Below, one piece after another: positions 63,966 to 64,000 of a stretch of DNA of 64,000 nt. This DNA comes from Eledone cirrhosa. Lineage: Eukaryota. Every line of letters begins with the position of its first letter. Positions within the stretch are counted from its first letter, which is position 1. The stretch is from the NCBI GenBank assembly GCA_964016885.1, contig OZ024742.1, positions 360,902,001 through 360,966,000 on the forward strand, given 5' to 3'. The notes below the pieces were generated by a model. It did no database searches. It was not told where the DNA came from and was given only the letters and a program-made list of their open reading frames with translations. Position numbers and translations under genes: made by a program.

Positions 63966-64000
63966 CTTATTATGGTTGATTCTATTTTCTTTTCTTCCAG

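Overview
Eukaryotic, AT-rich, almost entirely repetitive DNA. The repeat repertoire (RTE LINEs with (GAT)n tails, Meta-domain tRNA SINEs, dense compound TA/TG microsatellites) looks coleoid/octopus-like; this is inference. No intact host gene is supported, only a weak splice-flanked exon candidate near 63.2 kb. The window contains: (1) a nest of at least 8 large RTE-clade LINE copies, mostly sitting in TA-rich microsatellites and often head-to-head, whose ORF carries a PHD-type zinc finger inside the RT region; (2) a Tx1/L1-type LINE cluster showing template-jump chaining and a twin-priming inversion; (3) a 13.8-kb 36-bp satellite, a 4.3-kb 49-bp satellite grown inside an RTE 3'UTR, and several minisatellites, two traceable to TE sequence; (4) SINEs, MITEs and a bipartite RTE-derived element with a ~126-bp target-site duplication. 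The most interesting signal is a set of small non-coding elements inserted in (TA)n that carry complete or half type I hammerhead ribozymes (Penelope/retrozyme-like). Several are fold-back palindromes, one is a 440-bp tandem, and four otherwise dissimilar families share a covarying ACTC-stem-loop-TT-GAGTRC motif about 40-60 nt from their 3' end. Most long ORFs in the track are microsatellite artefacts.
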